A DNA stretch of 64,000 nt, taken from the NCBI GenBank assembly GCA_031379885.1, contig JANNFN010000181.1, positions 1,605-65,604 of the forward strand, in the 5' to 3' direction. Under the pieces are notes generated by a model, which ran no database searches, was not told the origin of the DNA, and saw nothing but the letters and a program-made list of their open reading frames with translations. The stretch is from Methylotenera sp. (GTDB lineage Bacteria > Pseudomonadota > Gammaproteobacteria > Burkholderiales > Methylophilaceae). Every line of letters starts with the position of its first letter. Within the stretch, counting starts at the first letter, position 1. Below are positions 25,316-34,613 of this stretch, one piece after another. A program made the position numbers and the translations under genes.

Positions 25316-26329
25316 GTCGCAACCAGTTTTGCTTAGTTTTAGCGCTTCGTTGAACTCCTCATCCAGCTCGCTATCAATGGCTTTTAGTGCGACACGTGTT
25401 TTTTCTACGTCATCAGTTTTACCTGCACGATTTGCTACAAGCCCCAACTCAATTAGCGTTGCAACATGCTGAGGATGTAGGCTTAACACTTTTTGAAAGT
25501 ATTGATTGGCTTTTGTTAAATCACCTAGTTTCTCTTCGGCTACTCCCGCATAAAATAAGGCTTCTGGGCTAGTTGACTCTTTAGCAATCCATTCCTGCGC
25601 CACTATCTTTAGATCAACCCACTTCTCGTTTTGATATGGCAGTACTACACGCATAAAAAATGGTCGTAGTAGCTCTGGTGCATCCCAAAATGGAACTTCA
25701 TCGGTTTTAAGTGATGCTGTCTCTGGCGCGTCTAATAGTGCTTTTACCCACTTCACTGGCACATTATAAAAAAACGCGCCGTGTCCAGGGCTTTTGAAAG
25801 TGCTAATAGCAATTAGCTTGCCTTCAGAATCAAACACTGGGCTACCACTAGCACCCATTACGAATGAGGCATCGGTACGTACTACTTGGCTGTCATCCAG
25901 TGAATATAAGGCTTTAATTTTACCTGTTGTAGATTGCGGTTTGGGTGGTCCACCAGGAAAACCGATTGAAAATATCGCTTGCTCGTATTTTAAATTTTCA
26001 GAATCACCTAAGTCTACTGGTTTTAAGTCTAAATATTGAAAGCGTAAAACACACAGATCATGCTTCCAATCGGCTTTCATGGCATCGGGTATAAAACTTT
26101 CGCCAAATTTGGTAATTTTAACGCCAGTAGCGTTAGCGAGCACATGGCAATTTGTTGCAACTAAATCCTTACCTACCACCACGCCCGTACCCACACCATG
26201 GCCGCCAGATTTAGTTGCCACATGCACCTTGACGACAGAAGCTTTAAGTTTGTAAGCAAGCTCGGTCACAGTTTCAGCCGTTGAGCCATGAGCAAATATG
26301 AGCCCTAGGATGGTCAGTAATATACGCAT
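25289..26329 (-). CDS. exported trypsin-like serine protease with TPR (paralog 3)
   Basis: TNCHV / HDLC / GASGS triad; TPR; signal peptide from ATG 26329. Confidence 0.85.
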   Translation of the reverse strand: MRILLTILGLIFAHGSTAETVTELAYKLKASVVKVHVATKSGGHGVGTGVVVGKDLVATNCHVLANATGVKITKFGESFIPDAMKADWKHDLCVLRFQYLDLKPVDLGDSENLKYEQAIFSIGFPGGPPKPQSTTGKIKALYSLDDSQVVRTDASFVMGASGSPVFDSEGKLIAISTFKSPGHGAFFYNVPVKWVKALLDAPETASLKTDEVPFWDAPELLRPFFMRVVLPYQNEKWVDLKIVAQEWIAKESTSPEALFYAGVAEEKLGDLTKANQYFQKVLSLHPQHVATLIELGLVANRAGKTDDVEKTRVALKAIDSELDEEFNEALKLSKTGCDLVVATSAC

Positions 26330-26480
26330 ATAAAGGCTCTCTTTGTTTAAAGTGCGAAAACTCAATATAAAATAGTTATTTCAACCAAATAGTATACTGC
26401 CAAAATTAATTGATATTGTGTGTGACAACGCTCACAAAGCTAGTAAAATAACGTTTTTAAAATAAAAATTTCTTGTCTTT

Positions 26481-27215
26481 ATGCTAGTTCAATCACACAT
26501 TGCAGATTTGCCCACACCTACTGGGGTTATGCGCACTTATGTGCACCGCCCTACACATGGTAAGCAAGTGCCAGCCATTTTGTTTTATTCTGAAATTTTT
26601 CAGCAAACGGGGCCAATTGAGCGCGCGGCACGTTTTATGGCGGGTCAGGGCTATGCAGTGCTAGTGCCTGAGGTGTTTCACGAGCTCAACCCAATCGGCA
26701 CGGTGTTAGGCTATGATAATGCTGGTCGCGATAAAGGTAATGCCGATAAAGCAGCGAAAGACGTGCAAGCTTATGATAGCGATAACCAAGCGATGATAAC
26801 GTATTTAGGCAAGCAAGATTGGTACAATGGTAATGTGGGCGCCATGGGTTTTTGTATTGGTGGCCATCTGGCATTTCGTGCAGCGCTGCAGCCAGAAGTA
26901 AAAGCTAGCGCGTGTTTTTATGCGACAGATTTACACAATAATAATATTCCCAACAAACCAAATCAACATAGTATGGATAGATTGGCCGACATCAAGGGCG
27001 AGCTGATGATGATTTGGGGTAAGCAAGATAATCATGTGCCCACGGAATGCCGCGTGTTGGTGTACCAAAAATTATTAGCATCTAATGTAAATTTCACCTG
27101 GCATGAATTCAATGGCCAGCATGCGTTTATGCGTGATGAAGATGAGCGTTATGACGCACAACTTGAGCTGATTACTTATCAATTGGCTTTGCAAATGTTT
27201 AGCAGAACATTGTAG
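26481..27215 (+). CDS. dienelactone hydrolase family protein
   Basis: GFCIGG nucleophile elbow; HAFMRDE. Confidence 0.9.
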   Translation: MLVQSHIADLPTPTGVMRTYVHRPTHGKQVPAILFYSEIFQQTGPIERAARFMAGQGYAVLVPEVFHELNPIGTVLGYDNAGRDKGNADKAAKDVQAYDSDNQAMITYLGKQDWYNGNVGAMGFCIGGHLAFRAALQPEVKASACFYATDLHNNNIPNKPNQHSMDRLADIKGELMMIWGKQDNHVPTECRVLVYQKLLASNVNFTWHEFNGQHAFMRDEDERYDAQLELITYQLALQMFSRTL

Positions 27216-27325
27216 ATTTCTTACGATTCAACTGTAAATTAAGCCTTATTATTGTGCTTTATCATCCATTTGTAATTTGATTCACAACTGTAGTATTGCA
27301 ATTACTTATTTAAAAGAGAGCTGTT

Positions 27326-28843
27326 ATGACCACGAAAAATGCTGATATTGGCCTAGTTGGCCTTGCTGTGATGGGGCAAAATCTAGCCCTAAACATTGCC
27401 GATCATGGCTATACCATTGCGGTATACAACCGTGACCCTAAAAAAATGACTAACTTCATTAAGGAGTGCAAAGCTAATGAGCCGTCACATGCTAATGTGG
27501 TGGGGCATGCTGATTTAGCATCATTTGTATTGAGCATTAAGCGTCCGCGCAAGATCGTGTTGCTTGTTAAAGCTGGTAGCGCAACTGATGTAACGATTAA
27601 CGCATTGCTACCTTTCTTAGAGCAAGGCGACATTATTATTGACGGTGGTAATTCATTGTGGACGGATACAATTCGTCGCGAAAAAGAGCTGGCAGTGAAG
27701 GGCATCGATTTTATCGGTTCTGGCGTATCTGGTGGCGAAACTGGCGCACGTTTTGGCCCAAGCTTAATGCCTTCAGGTACACGCAAAGCATGGGCCAGTT
27801 TAGAGCCTATTTGGCGCGATATCGCTGCAAAAGTGAATAACGAGACAGGCGAACCTATGGAGGGTGGCAAGCCAGGCAAGCCAGTTGTGGGTGGTTTCTC
27901 TTGTGCAGAATATATTGGTCCGGATGGTTCAGGCCATTACGTAAAAATGGTGCATAACGGTATTGAATATATCGATATGCAATTGATCTGCGAAGCTTAC
28001 TGGCTTATGAAAAACTTGCTTGGTATGCCTGCAGATGAAATTGGTAAGGTGTTTGCTGAGTGGAACAAAGGGGCGCTGTCTAGCTTCTTAATTGAAATTA
28101 CCGCCGATATTCTGAAACAAAAAGATCCGATGACTAAAGGCTTCTTGGTGGATCAAATTTTAGATACTGCAGGCCAAAAAGGCACAGGTCAGTGGACAGC
28201 GGCAAATGCGCTTGAGTTGGGCGCACCAGCCAATGCGATTGCGGCAGCAGTTTATGCACGTGCACTTTCAAGCTTAAAAGAAGAGCGTGTAGAAGCCAGC
28301 AAAATCTTAAAAGGCCCAGAAGTAACCAAAGTGACGGGCGACAAAAAAGAAATTATCGAAGCGATTAAAAATGCGTTATATTGCTCAAAAATTTGTGCCT
28401 ATGCGCAAGGCTTCCAATTGATTGATAAGGCACAAGTGGCTTATAACTGGAAATTAAACTTTGGTGAGATTGCCCAAATTTGGCGCGGCGGCTGTATTAT
28501 CCGTGCTCGTTTCTTGCAAAAAATCACCAACGCTTATGCACTTAACTCGCGTTTGAAAAACTTGATGCTAGATCCATATTTTACTAACGCAATGAACGAA
28601 GGCCAAGCTGGTTGGCGCAAGGTTATTGCCTTGGCAGTAACTAACGGTATACCAGCGCAGGGTTTTAGTGCTGCACTTGCTTATTATGATGGGTATCGCA
28701 GTGCTGATTTGCCAGCTAATTTATTGCAAGGCCAGCGTGATTACTTTGGTGCGCATACCTATGAGCGTAAAGATCAGCCGCGTGGTCAGTTCTACCACTT
28801 GGATTGGCCAGAAGCAAAGCGCCCACAGCTGTTAATTGAATAA
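27326..28843 (+). CDS. gnd: NADP-dependent 6-phosphogluconate dehydrogenase
   Basis: [29 protein letters not shown] motifs. Confidence 0.95.
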   Translation: MTTKNADIGLVGLAVMGQNLALNIADHGYTIAVYNRDPKKMTNFIKECKANEPSHANVVGHADLASFVLSIKRPRKIVLLVKAGSATDVTINALLPFLEQGDIIIDGGNSLWTDTIRREKELAVKGIDFIGSGVSGGETGARFGPSLMPSGTRKAWASLEPIWRDIAAKVNNETGEPMEGGKPGKPVVGGFSCAEYIGPDGSGHYVKMVHNGIEYIDMQLICEAYWLMKNLLGMPADEIGKVFAEWNKGALSSFLIEITADILKQKDPMTKGFLVDQILDTAGQKGTGQWTAANALELGAPANAIAAAVYARALSSLKEERVEASKILKGPEVTKVTGDKKEIIEAIKNALYCSKICAYAQGFQLIDKAQVAYNWKLNFGEIAQIWRGGCIIRARFLQKITNAYALNSRLKNLMLDPYFTNAMNEGQAGWRKVIALAVTNGIPAQGFSAALAYYDGYRSADLPANLLQGQRDYFGAHTYERKDQPRGQFYHLDWPEAKRPQLLIE

Positions 28844-28865
28844 CCGATTAAATAACTGAACAAAC

Positions 28866-28895
28866 GTGGGCTGGCGATGTTGTCGCCCACTTTTT
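28866..28895 (+). terminator. intrinsic terminator after gnd
   Basis: GTGGGC...GCCCAC followed by TTTTT. Confidence 0.7.
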
Positions 28896-28930
28896 ATTAA
28901 GAAGTATTAATTAACTGTTTTAAGTCAAAC

Positions 28931-29122
28931 TTAAACACAGTCGCTATAAGCTTCCAGCGTAAGATTAAAGTTTTTGTGTTTTTGCAAATCTACAACGTTG
29001 GATTGTTTTACATCGACTTTATCAGACTTTTGGTTCAGCGTTGAGTTATAAACTTCGCTCACTAGTTCTGGTTTTGCTATTTGTTTTACACTGTTACTAT
29101 TTAAATTTAAAGCTTGCATCAT
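28931..29122 (-). CDS. hypothetical 63-aa protein
   Basis: ORF track; AAAGGA upstream of ATG; ends NLTLEAYSDCV. Confidence 0.55.
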   Translation of the reverse strand: MMQALNLNSNSVKQIAKPELVSEVYNSTLNQKSDKVDVKQSNVVDLQKHKNFNLTLEAYSDCV

Positions 29123-29421
29123 ATTTTCCTTTTGGGAGTTAAAATCTACAGGAATTGTGTTCCTGTAGCATGTGAGTTTAATTTATCAAATAAATTCATT
29201 ACCTTTACAGCATTAGTCGATAAATCATTAAAATCATTACATTTCTACCTATAACGCAGATAACCTGTTGCGGAATACATAAAATAACAATTATTTATTG
29301 CATGGTTAGCTATAAGCAATAGTTATACCAAAATAAACTGTGACAAAAAATAAGTTTTTAAAATTACGCATAATCTTCGCAATGGCCGTAGAATATGGTT
29401 CTTTCATGTAATTAAGAAGAT

Positions 29422-29625
29422 ATGATAATTTTTATTAATGGCAATGTTAAGCAGTTCGATAACGAGAAAATGACAATCTCTGCGCTGGTTGTGACACTTA
29501 ATTTAACTGAGAAGCGCCTTGCAATTGAAAAAAATGGAGAAATTGTCCCGCGTAGTCAGTTTTCAGAAGCGAAATTGCAAGATGGTGATAAATTAGAAAT
29601 TGTTGGCGCTGTTGGTGGTGGATAA
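29422..29625 (+). CDS. thiS: sulfur carrier protein ThiS
   Basis: Ubiquitin-like protein with C-terminal VGGG; precedes thiG. Confidence 0.95.
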   Translation: MIIFINGNVKQFDNEKMTISALVVTLNLTEKRLAIEKNGEIVPRSQFSEAKLQDGDKLEIVGAVGGG

Positions 29626-29629
29626 CTTA

Positions 29630-30424
29630 ATGAGTAAGAATAAACAATTAAATATTGCGGGCAAAGATTACCACTCGCGTTTGCTGGTGGGTACAGGAAA
29701 ATATAAAGATTTTGCTGAAACGCGTGCCGCGATTGACGCGAGTGGTGCGCAGATAATCACTGTGGCCATAAGGCGTACAAATATTGGCCAAACTGCGGGC
29801 GAGCCTTCGTTACTAGAGTTTTTACCACCAGAAGAATTTACTTATTTGCCCAATACCGCAGGCTGTTATTCGGCCGATGACGCTGTGCGCACATTACGCT
29901 TGGCGCGTGAATTGTTAGATGGCCATAATCTTGTGAAGTTAGAAGTGTTGGGCGACCCAAGAACCTTGTATCCGAATGTGATTGAAACAATTGCTGCAGC
30001 AAAAGTGCTGGTGAAAGATGGCTTTGATGTGATGGTGTATACCTCTGACGACCCCATTATTGCTAAGCAGTTGGAAGATATTGGTTGTTGTGCGGTGATG
30101 CCTCTAGCCTCGCTCATCGGCTCTGGCATGGGCATTTTAAATCCATGGAATTTGCAAATTATTATCGAAAATGCAAAAATTCCCGTGTTGGTTGATGCAG
30201 GCGTCGGCTGCGCGGGTGATGCGGCGATTGCCATGGAGCTTGGTTGTGATGGTGTTTTGATGAACACCGCCATTGCATCTGCAAGCGATCCAATTATGAT
30301 GGCAGGTGCGATGAGGAAGGCCATAGAAGCCGGTCGCGAATCTTTTCTTGCAGGGCGAATGCCTAAAAAACTATATTCAGCCAGCCCTAGTTCGCCAACC
30401 TCTGGTTTAATAACATCAGGTTGA
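29630..30424 (+). CDS. thiG: thiazole synthase
   Basis: [22 protein letters not shown] and [11 protein letters not shown] motifs. Confidence 0.95.
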   Translation: MSKNKQLNIAGKDYHSRLLVGTGKYKDFAETRAAIDASGAQIITVAIRRTNIGQTAGEPSLLEFLPPEEFTYLPNTAGCYSADDAVRTLRLARELLDGHNLVKLEVLGDPRTLYPNVIETIAAAKVLVKDGFDVMVYTSDDPIIAKQLEDIGCCAVMPLASLIGSGMGILNPWNLQIIIENAKIPVLVDAGVGCAGDAAIAMELGCDGVLMNTAIASASDPIMMAGAMRKAIEAGRESFLAGRMPKKLYSASPSSPTSGLITSG

Positions 30425-30432
30425 TAAGTTGA

Positions 30433-30819
30433 ATGACAGCTATAAGTAAAAAGTATGCATTTTCTGTCAGTGTTGAAACTGCTTATTTGCCAGACCAATC
30501 CAATCCTGATGAAAATAAATATGCCTTTGCTTACAAGGTAATGATTAGCAATGTCGGTAGTGTTGTAGCCCAGTTAATAAGCAGACATTGGATAATTACT
30601 GATGCGAATAATCATGTTCAAGAGGTGAAAGGTTTGGGTGTAGTGGGCGCGCAACCCTTGTTACAGCCAGGTCAACAGTTTGAATATACCAGTGGCACAT
30701 TATTAGCGACTCCAATCGGCTCAATGTGCGGTACTTATAAAATTGTGGCTGAGGATGGCACCATGTTTGATGCAGTGATTGAGTCATTTACCTTGGCCGT
30801 GCCAAAGATGTTGAATTAG
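30433..30819 (+). CDS. apaG: ApaG protein
   Basis: QLISRHWIITD, GVVG.QP and FEYTSG motifs. Confidence 0.92.
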   Translation: MTAISKKYAFSVSVETAYLPDQSNPDENKYAFAYKVMISNVGSVVAQLISRHWIITDANNHVQEVKGLGVVGAQPLLQPGQQFEYTSGTLLATPIGSMCGTYKIVAEDGTMFDAVIESFTLAVPKMLN

Positions 30820-30839
30820 GATTGAATGAATTAAGTTAA

Positions 30840-32108
30840 ATGAAAAAGTATCTAATTTTAATTTGCTTGGTTTTTCTTACACCTTCATGCGCTAAACAAA
30901 ATGTAAAGCCTGTGCAAATTGGCGCACAAAAATGTGATTGCGGGCAACCAAGTAAACCCATTGATGCACCATCAGTCCAATTGCCAGATACGTCGAAATC
31001 CAATGTGGATATCAAGCCTATTCCGTCTGTAATCATGCCTGATTATGCATTTTTAAAATCAGCTAATTGGAGCGATATTGAAGGTTTTACCGATGATGAT
31101 TTGGAATCGGCTTGGCCAGCTTGGCTTAAGAGTTGCAGTACCTTAGTTAACAAGCCGCAGTGGCAAGTCGCATGTGCTGCTACGAAAGTGCTTGATAAGC
31201 CAAACAAACAAGCAATTCAAACTTATTTTGCGCAATATTTTAATGTGTATAGTGCTACGAATTCGGATGGATCAGATACGGGCCTAATTACTGGTTATTA
31301 CGAACCTTTACTTAAAGGCAGTCGTACAAAGTCTAGCCAATATCCAAACCCAATATACAAGCAGCCCATAGATTTAATTACGGTTGAGCTAAGTGAGATA
31401 TACCCAGAACTGAAAAATAAGCGCGTGCGCGGTAAGTTGGTGAGTAATAAGCAGGGTGCTCAAAAGTTAGTACCTTATATGTCACGAGCAGAAATAGAGG
31501 CAATTCCCTCGCCACTAACAGGTAATGAGTTAGTGTGGATTAACGATATCATTGATGTGTTTTTCTTACAAATTCAAGGCTCTGGATTAGTAAAACTGGA
31601 TAATGGTGAGGAGGTTCATGTGGGTTATGCTGACCAAAATGGCCAAGCATATAACTCTATCGGCCGTATTTTAATTGAACGTGGTGAATTAACTGCTGAT
31701 CAAGCATCAATGCAAGGCATTAAAAATTGGGCGCGTAACAATTTAGCTAAATTACGTGACTTACTGAATAGTAATCCTAGTTATGTATTTTTTAGAGAAC
31801 TGCCCGCAGGTCTTCCAGGGCCACTTGGAGCGCTTGGCGTACCAATCACCGCACAACGTAGCGTTGCAATAGATCCAAAATACATTCCATTAGGCGCGCC
31901 AATATTTCTATCAACGACGCAACCTAATAGCACTGACCCTCTTAAACGCCTGATGCTAGCTCAAGACACAGGAGGCGCCATTAAAGGCGGGGTGCGGGCA
32001 GATTTCTTTTGGGGCGCGGGTGATAGCGCAGGAAAACAAGCAGGTGCCATGAAGCAAATTGGAAAGATTTGGGTGTTATTGCCAAAAGACTTTCAGTTCC
32101 CCAAATAA
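30840..32108 (+). CDS. mltA: membrane-bound lytic murein transglycosylase A
   Basis: Lipobox-like TPSC; TGYYEP, FFLQIQGSG, QDTGGAIKG..RADFFWG motifs. Confidence 0.93.
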   Translation: MKKYLILICLVFLTPSCAKQNVKPVQIGAQKCDCGQPSKPIDAPSVQLPDTSKSNVDIKPIPSVIMPDYAFLKSANWSDIEGFTDDDLESAWPAWLKSCSTLVNKPQWQVACAATKVLDKPNKQAIQTYFAQYFNVYSATNSDGSDTGLITGYYEPLLKGSRTKSSQYPNPIYKQPIDLITVELSEIYPELKNKRVRGKLVSNKQGAQKLVPYMSRAEIEAIPSPLTGNELVWINDIIDVFFLQIQGSGLVKLDNGEEVHVGYADQNGQAYNSIGRILIERGELTADQASMQGIKNWARNNLAKLRDLLNSNPSYVFFRELPAGLPGPLGALGVPITAQRSVAIDPKYIPLGAPIFLSTTQPNSTDPLKRLMLAQDTGGAIKGGVRADFFWGAGDSAGKQAGAMKQIGKIWVLLPKDFQFPK

Positions 32109-32120
32109 TTTTAAGCAAAT

Positions 32121-32147
32121 AAAAAGGGCACATAGAGTGCCCTTTTT
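32121..32147. terminator. bidirectional terminator between mltA and pqqA
   Basis: AAAAAGGGCACATAGAGTGCCCTTTTT. Confidence 0.85.
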
Positions 32148-32164
32148 AATGAATAAGAATTAAC

Positions 32165-32236
32165 TTATTTATTCATAACGTACATTGTAACTTCGAAACC
32201 GAAACGCATTTCAGTAGCAGCTGGCTTTGTCCACAT
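32165..32236 (-). CDS. pqqA: PQQ precursor peptide
   Basis: Hand translation MWTKPAATEMRFGFEVTMYVMNK* with the E-x-x-x-Y core; SD AAGGAG. Confidence 0.95.
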   Translation of the reverse strand: MWTKPAATEMRFGFEVTMYVMNK

Positions 32237-32366
32237 AATAATTCTCCTTGGTTTAAAATTCGCTAGGACTGCTTTCACAAACCCATAACGTAAAATGAAT
32301 AATACGCGCGACCAAAATTTGTATACTATTAAAACTACTTAAATAAGCCTCATGATTTTCATTAGA

Positions 32367-34613
32367 TTATTTTTTGGCATTAAATTTTTTAAACAATTTC
32401 TTAAGTCCTTTTCTACCAATGCGACGTTTTAGCCATACTTTACTATCGTATAGATAAAATAATAGACGGTATTGCCAAACGAATTTGCGTCCAGTAAGCC
32501 CTAAATAAATTTGCATAAAACGCTCGCGACCCAGCCAATCTAACTTGTGACAGGCGCGAGTGAGGTCGGCAACTCTATAGATTACAGGGAAAGGGGTATG
32601 GTTTACCGTGCGAAGTCGAGCAGTGTCAATTAATGAAAACTCCAGCTTATTTTCTTTTAGATTAACTAAAATATTACCACCCGAAAAATCTCTAAAGTAA
32701 ATTAGGCGACTGTGCATGTTATTACAAAATAATGCAAACTGCCTATAAATCTCTTCAGCATCCATTCCTAAATAGGTAGTCTGGCCAGCAGTAAATGCAG
32801 AAAAAATCTGACCAATATTGGTATCGGCCTGCACAAATTCACAAATATAAAAATTCTGCTTCAATGTATGATCATTAATTTTTTCAAAATAAGCGATAGG
32901 TCGGGCAGTACTAATGCCACGCCGCATTAGTTCCATCGCACCATTCCAACTACGTTTTGCCTTGCTATGCTTGTAACGGTCTAAAAAAGCCTTATGCGCA
33001 TACATTTTTATAGGTTGTTTGACTGTTAGCTGGTGGGTATTATTGCGTGGATCCTCTATCGCCCAAATCGCGTTGCGCGCATGACGTAAAGCGCTATCTT
33101 TAGTTGGGCTATTTAGCTGGTTCGGATGTAGTCTTTGAGCGATTATTTTTGCTTCATCTGCATCTTTAGCGAGTATCAAACCTTGCCAACCATCTTCAGA
33201 AAAAATGAAATATTGCGCATTTTTAATATGGGCATGAATAGTAAATTTTTGCGCAGAATCAATTGATTGCTGAATCAAGTTTTTATCTATTTGATCCCAG
33301 ATCAAATAGATAGGAGATTCAGTAATAAAATCTAGATTAGTTGTTAAAGTAGCACCGCTGCGGCCCAGTATCTGCGCGGTCCGTAGAGCATGATTTTGGT
33401 AAATATCATTTAATAATATAGCTTTTCCATTAATCGACCAGGCTGCATAAATATGTTTTGCACCTTGCATAAAGTGGTGAATTTCTAGGCCATTACTACT
33501 AGCGATTGCACCAATATATTGTGCACCTTGAATCATTTTTGCTACTGTTTTAACTGCATTAAAACTTGGATATGGCTGGTAGTTTGCTAGTGCGCCATCT
33601 GCACTTTTGTAGTGAGCAACGCGTTCTAAATCGGGATAATCTGATTCGCTTATTCCATCGTCGATCAAGCCTTCACGTTGGCATATTAATGCTCCCCAAT
33701 TGACTTGCTGCAGTGCCCCCGAGGCAGCTAATAACAAAAAATAGCGCGCTGCATAGTCTGCTTGTTTTTCTGTACCATCGGGCAGTCGACGCTGAATACG
33801 GTAAATCGCCCAAAAAGCGACGGGTGAAATAAGTTTTTCTATGCCAAAATCTTTTCCAATTTTTTGTAAAATGCGTGCTTTTTTAATTAAATTATATTTA
33901 AAAATACTCGCCCAGCGATACTTAAAAACACGATGATCATAGCACTCTGGCTCGCTTACGCGCTCAGAAAATAAGTTGTTGCTATGAATATCTGGTAATA
34001 GATTTTTTTGTTTAAAAGTCTTGAGTAAGCTAATGTTATAGAACGGCTCAAAATCTTGAACATTAGGCCCAGCTAGAGGGATATTACGCGCTTTAATTTC
34101 GTTAAATGCAATATTCCAGGCGGCTAAAAAACCTTCGTAACTATAGCCAGCCCAGCGTTTCCGGTTAATGGTTGTGCCTATTTCAATGAGTTTAATTTTA
34201 TTACCAAAAGTATTTAATACGCTTTGTAAAAAATCTTGCCATATTGTTTGTTCTGCTTGGCTTTGCATGTTTTTTGCTGCAGTCACTGGTTGAATAATAT
34301 GCAAGGTTACCGCAAAATTATTTGCAATGAGCGCATGCAAAAACCGTGCATTAAAGCCAGCTAAATCACCATAGCTAAAGTCTAAACGCACCTGCTTTAT
34401 GCCAAGCGCGTTTAATTGTGAGATTATGTAAGCATCAGTTGCAGGGTCAGGTGCGGACGCTACGCATACGCCAATGAAATCGTTGGGAATCGTATGAGTA
34501 TTTGGCGGTAAATGCCCTTTTTTGATGAATAAGCCACCACGGAAAATATAGCTTAAACCATCGTAAACTACCTGTTTAGTGAGCATTGACGGCTGTTTAA
34601 TGACAGAGGTCAT
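32367..34613 (-). CDS. fusion of a glycoside-hydrolase-like TIM barrel and an LPS/sugar kinase (Kdo/WaaP/InaA-like)
   Basis: C-terminal KAKRSW...RDFSGGNIL...LIDT kinase motifs; N-terminal VRLD / IEIGTT / LAGP barrel pattern; ATGA overlap with the upstream gene. Confidence 0.7.
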   Translation of the reverse strand: MTSVIKQPSMLTKQVVYDGLSYIFRGGLFIKKGHLPPNTHTIPNDFIGVCVASAPDPATDAYIISQLNALGIKQVRLDFSYGDLAGFNARFLHALIANNFAVTLHIIQPVTAAKNMQSQAEQTIWQDFLQSVLNTFGNKIKLIEIGTTINRKRWAGYSYEGFLAAWNIAFNEIKARNIPLAGPNVQDFEPFYNISLLKTFKQKNLLPDIHSNNLFSERVSEPECYDHRVFKYRWASIFKYNLIKKARILQKIGKDFGIEKLISPVAFWAIYRIQRRLPDGTEKQADYAARYFLLLAASGALQQVNWGALICQREGLIDDGISESDYPDLERVAHYKSADGALANYQPYPSFNAVKTVAKMIQGAQYIGAIASSNGLEIHHFMQGAKHIYAAWSINGKAILLNDIYQNHALRTAQILGRSGATLTTNLDFITESPIYLIWDQIDKNLIQQSIDSAQKFTIHAHIKNAQYFIFSEDGWQGLILAKDADEAKIIAQRLHPNQLNSPTKDSALRHARNAIWAIEDPRNNTHQLTVKQPIKMYAHKAFLDRYKHSKAKRSWNGAMELMRRGISTARPIAYFEKINDHTLKQNFYICEFVQADTNIGQIFSAFTAGQTTYLGMDAEEIYRQFALFCNNMHSRLIYFRDFSGGNILVNLKENKLEFSLIDTARLRTVNHTPFPVIYRVADLTRACHKLDWLGRERFMQIYLGLTGRKFVWQYRLLFYLYDSKVWLKRRIGRKGLKKLFKKFNAKK

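Noticed and set aside
29123-29421. TPP riboswitch upstream of thiS-thiG
   Set aside because: No CUGAGA or GAACCUGA-type conserved blocks found
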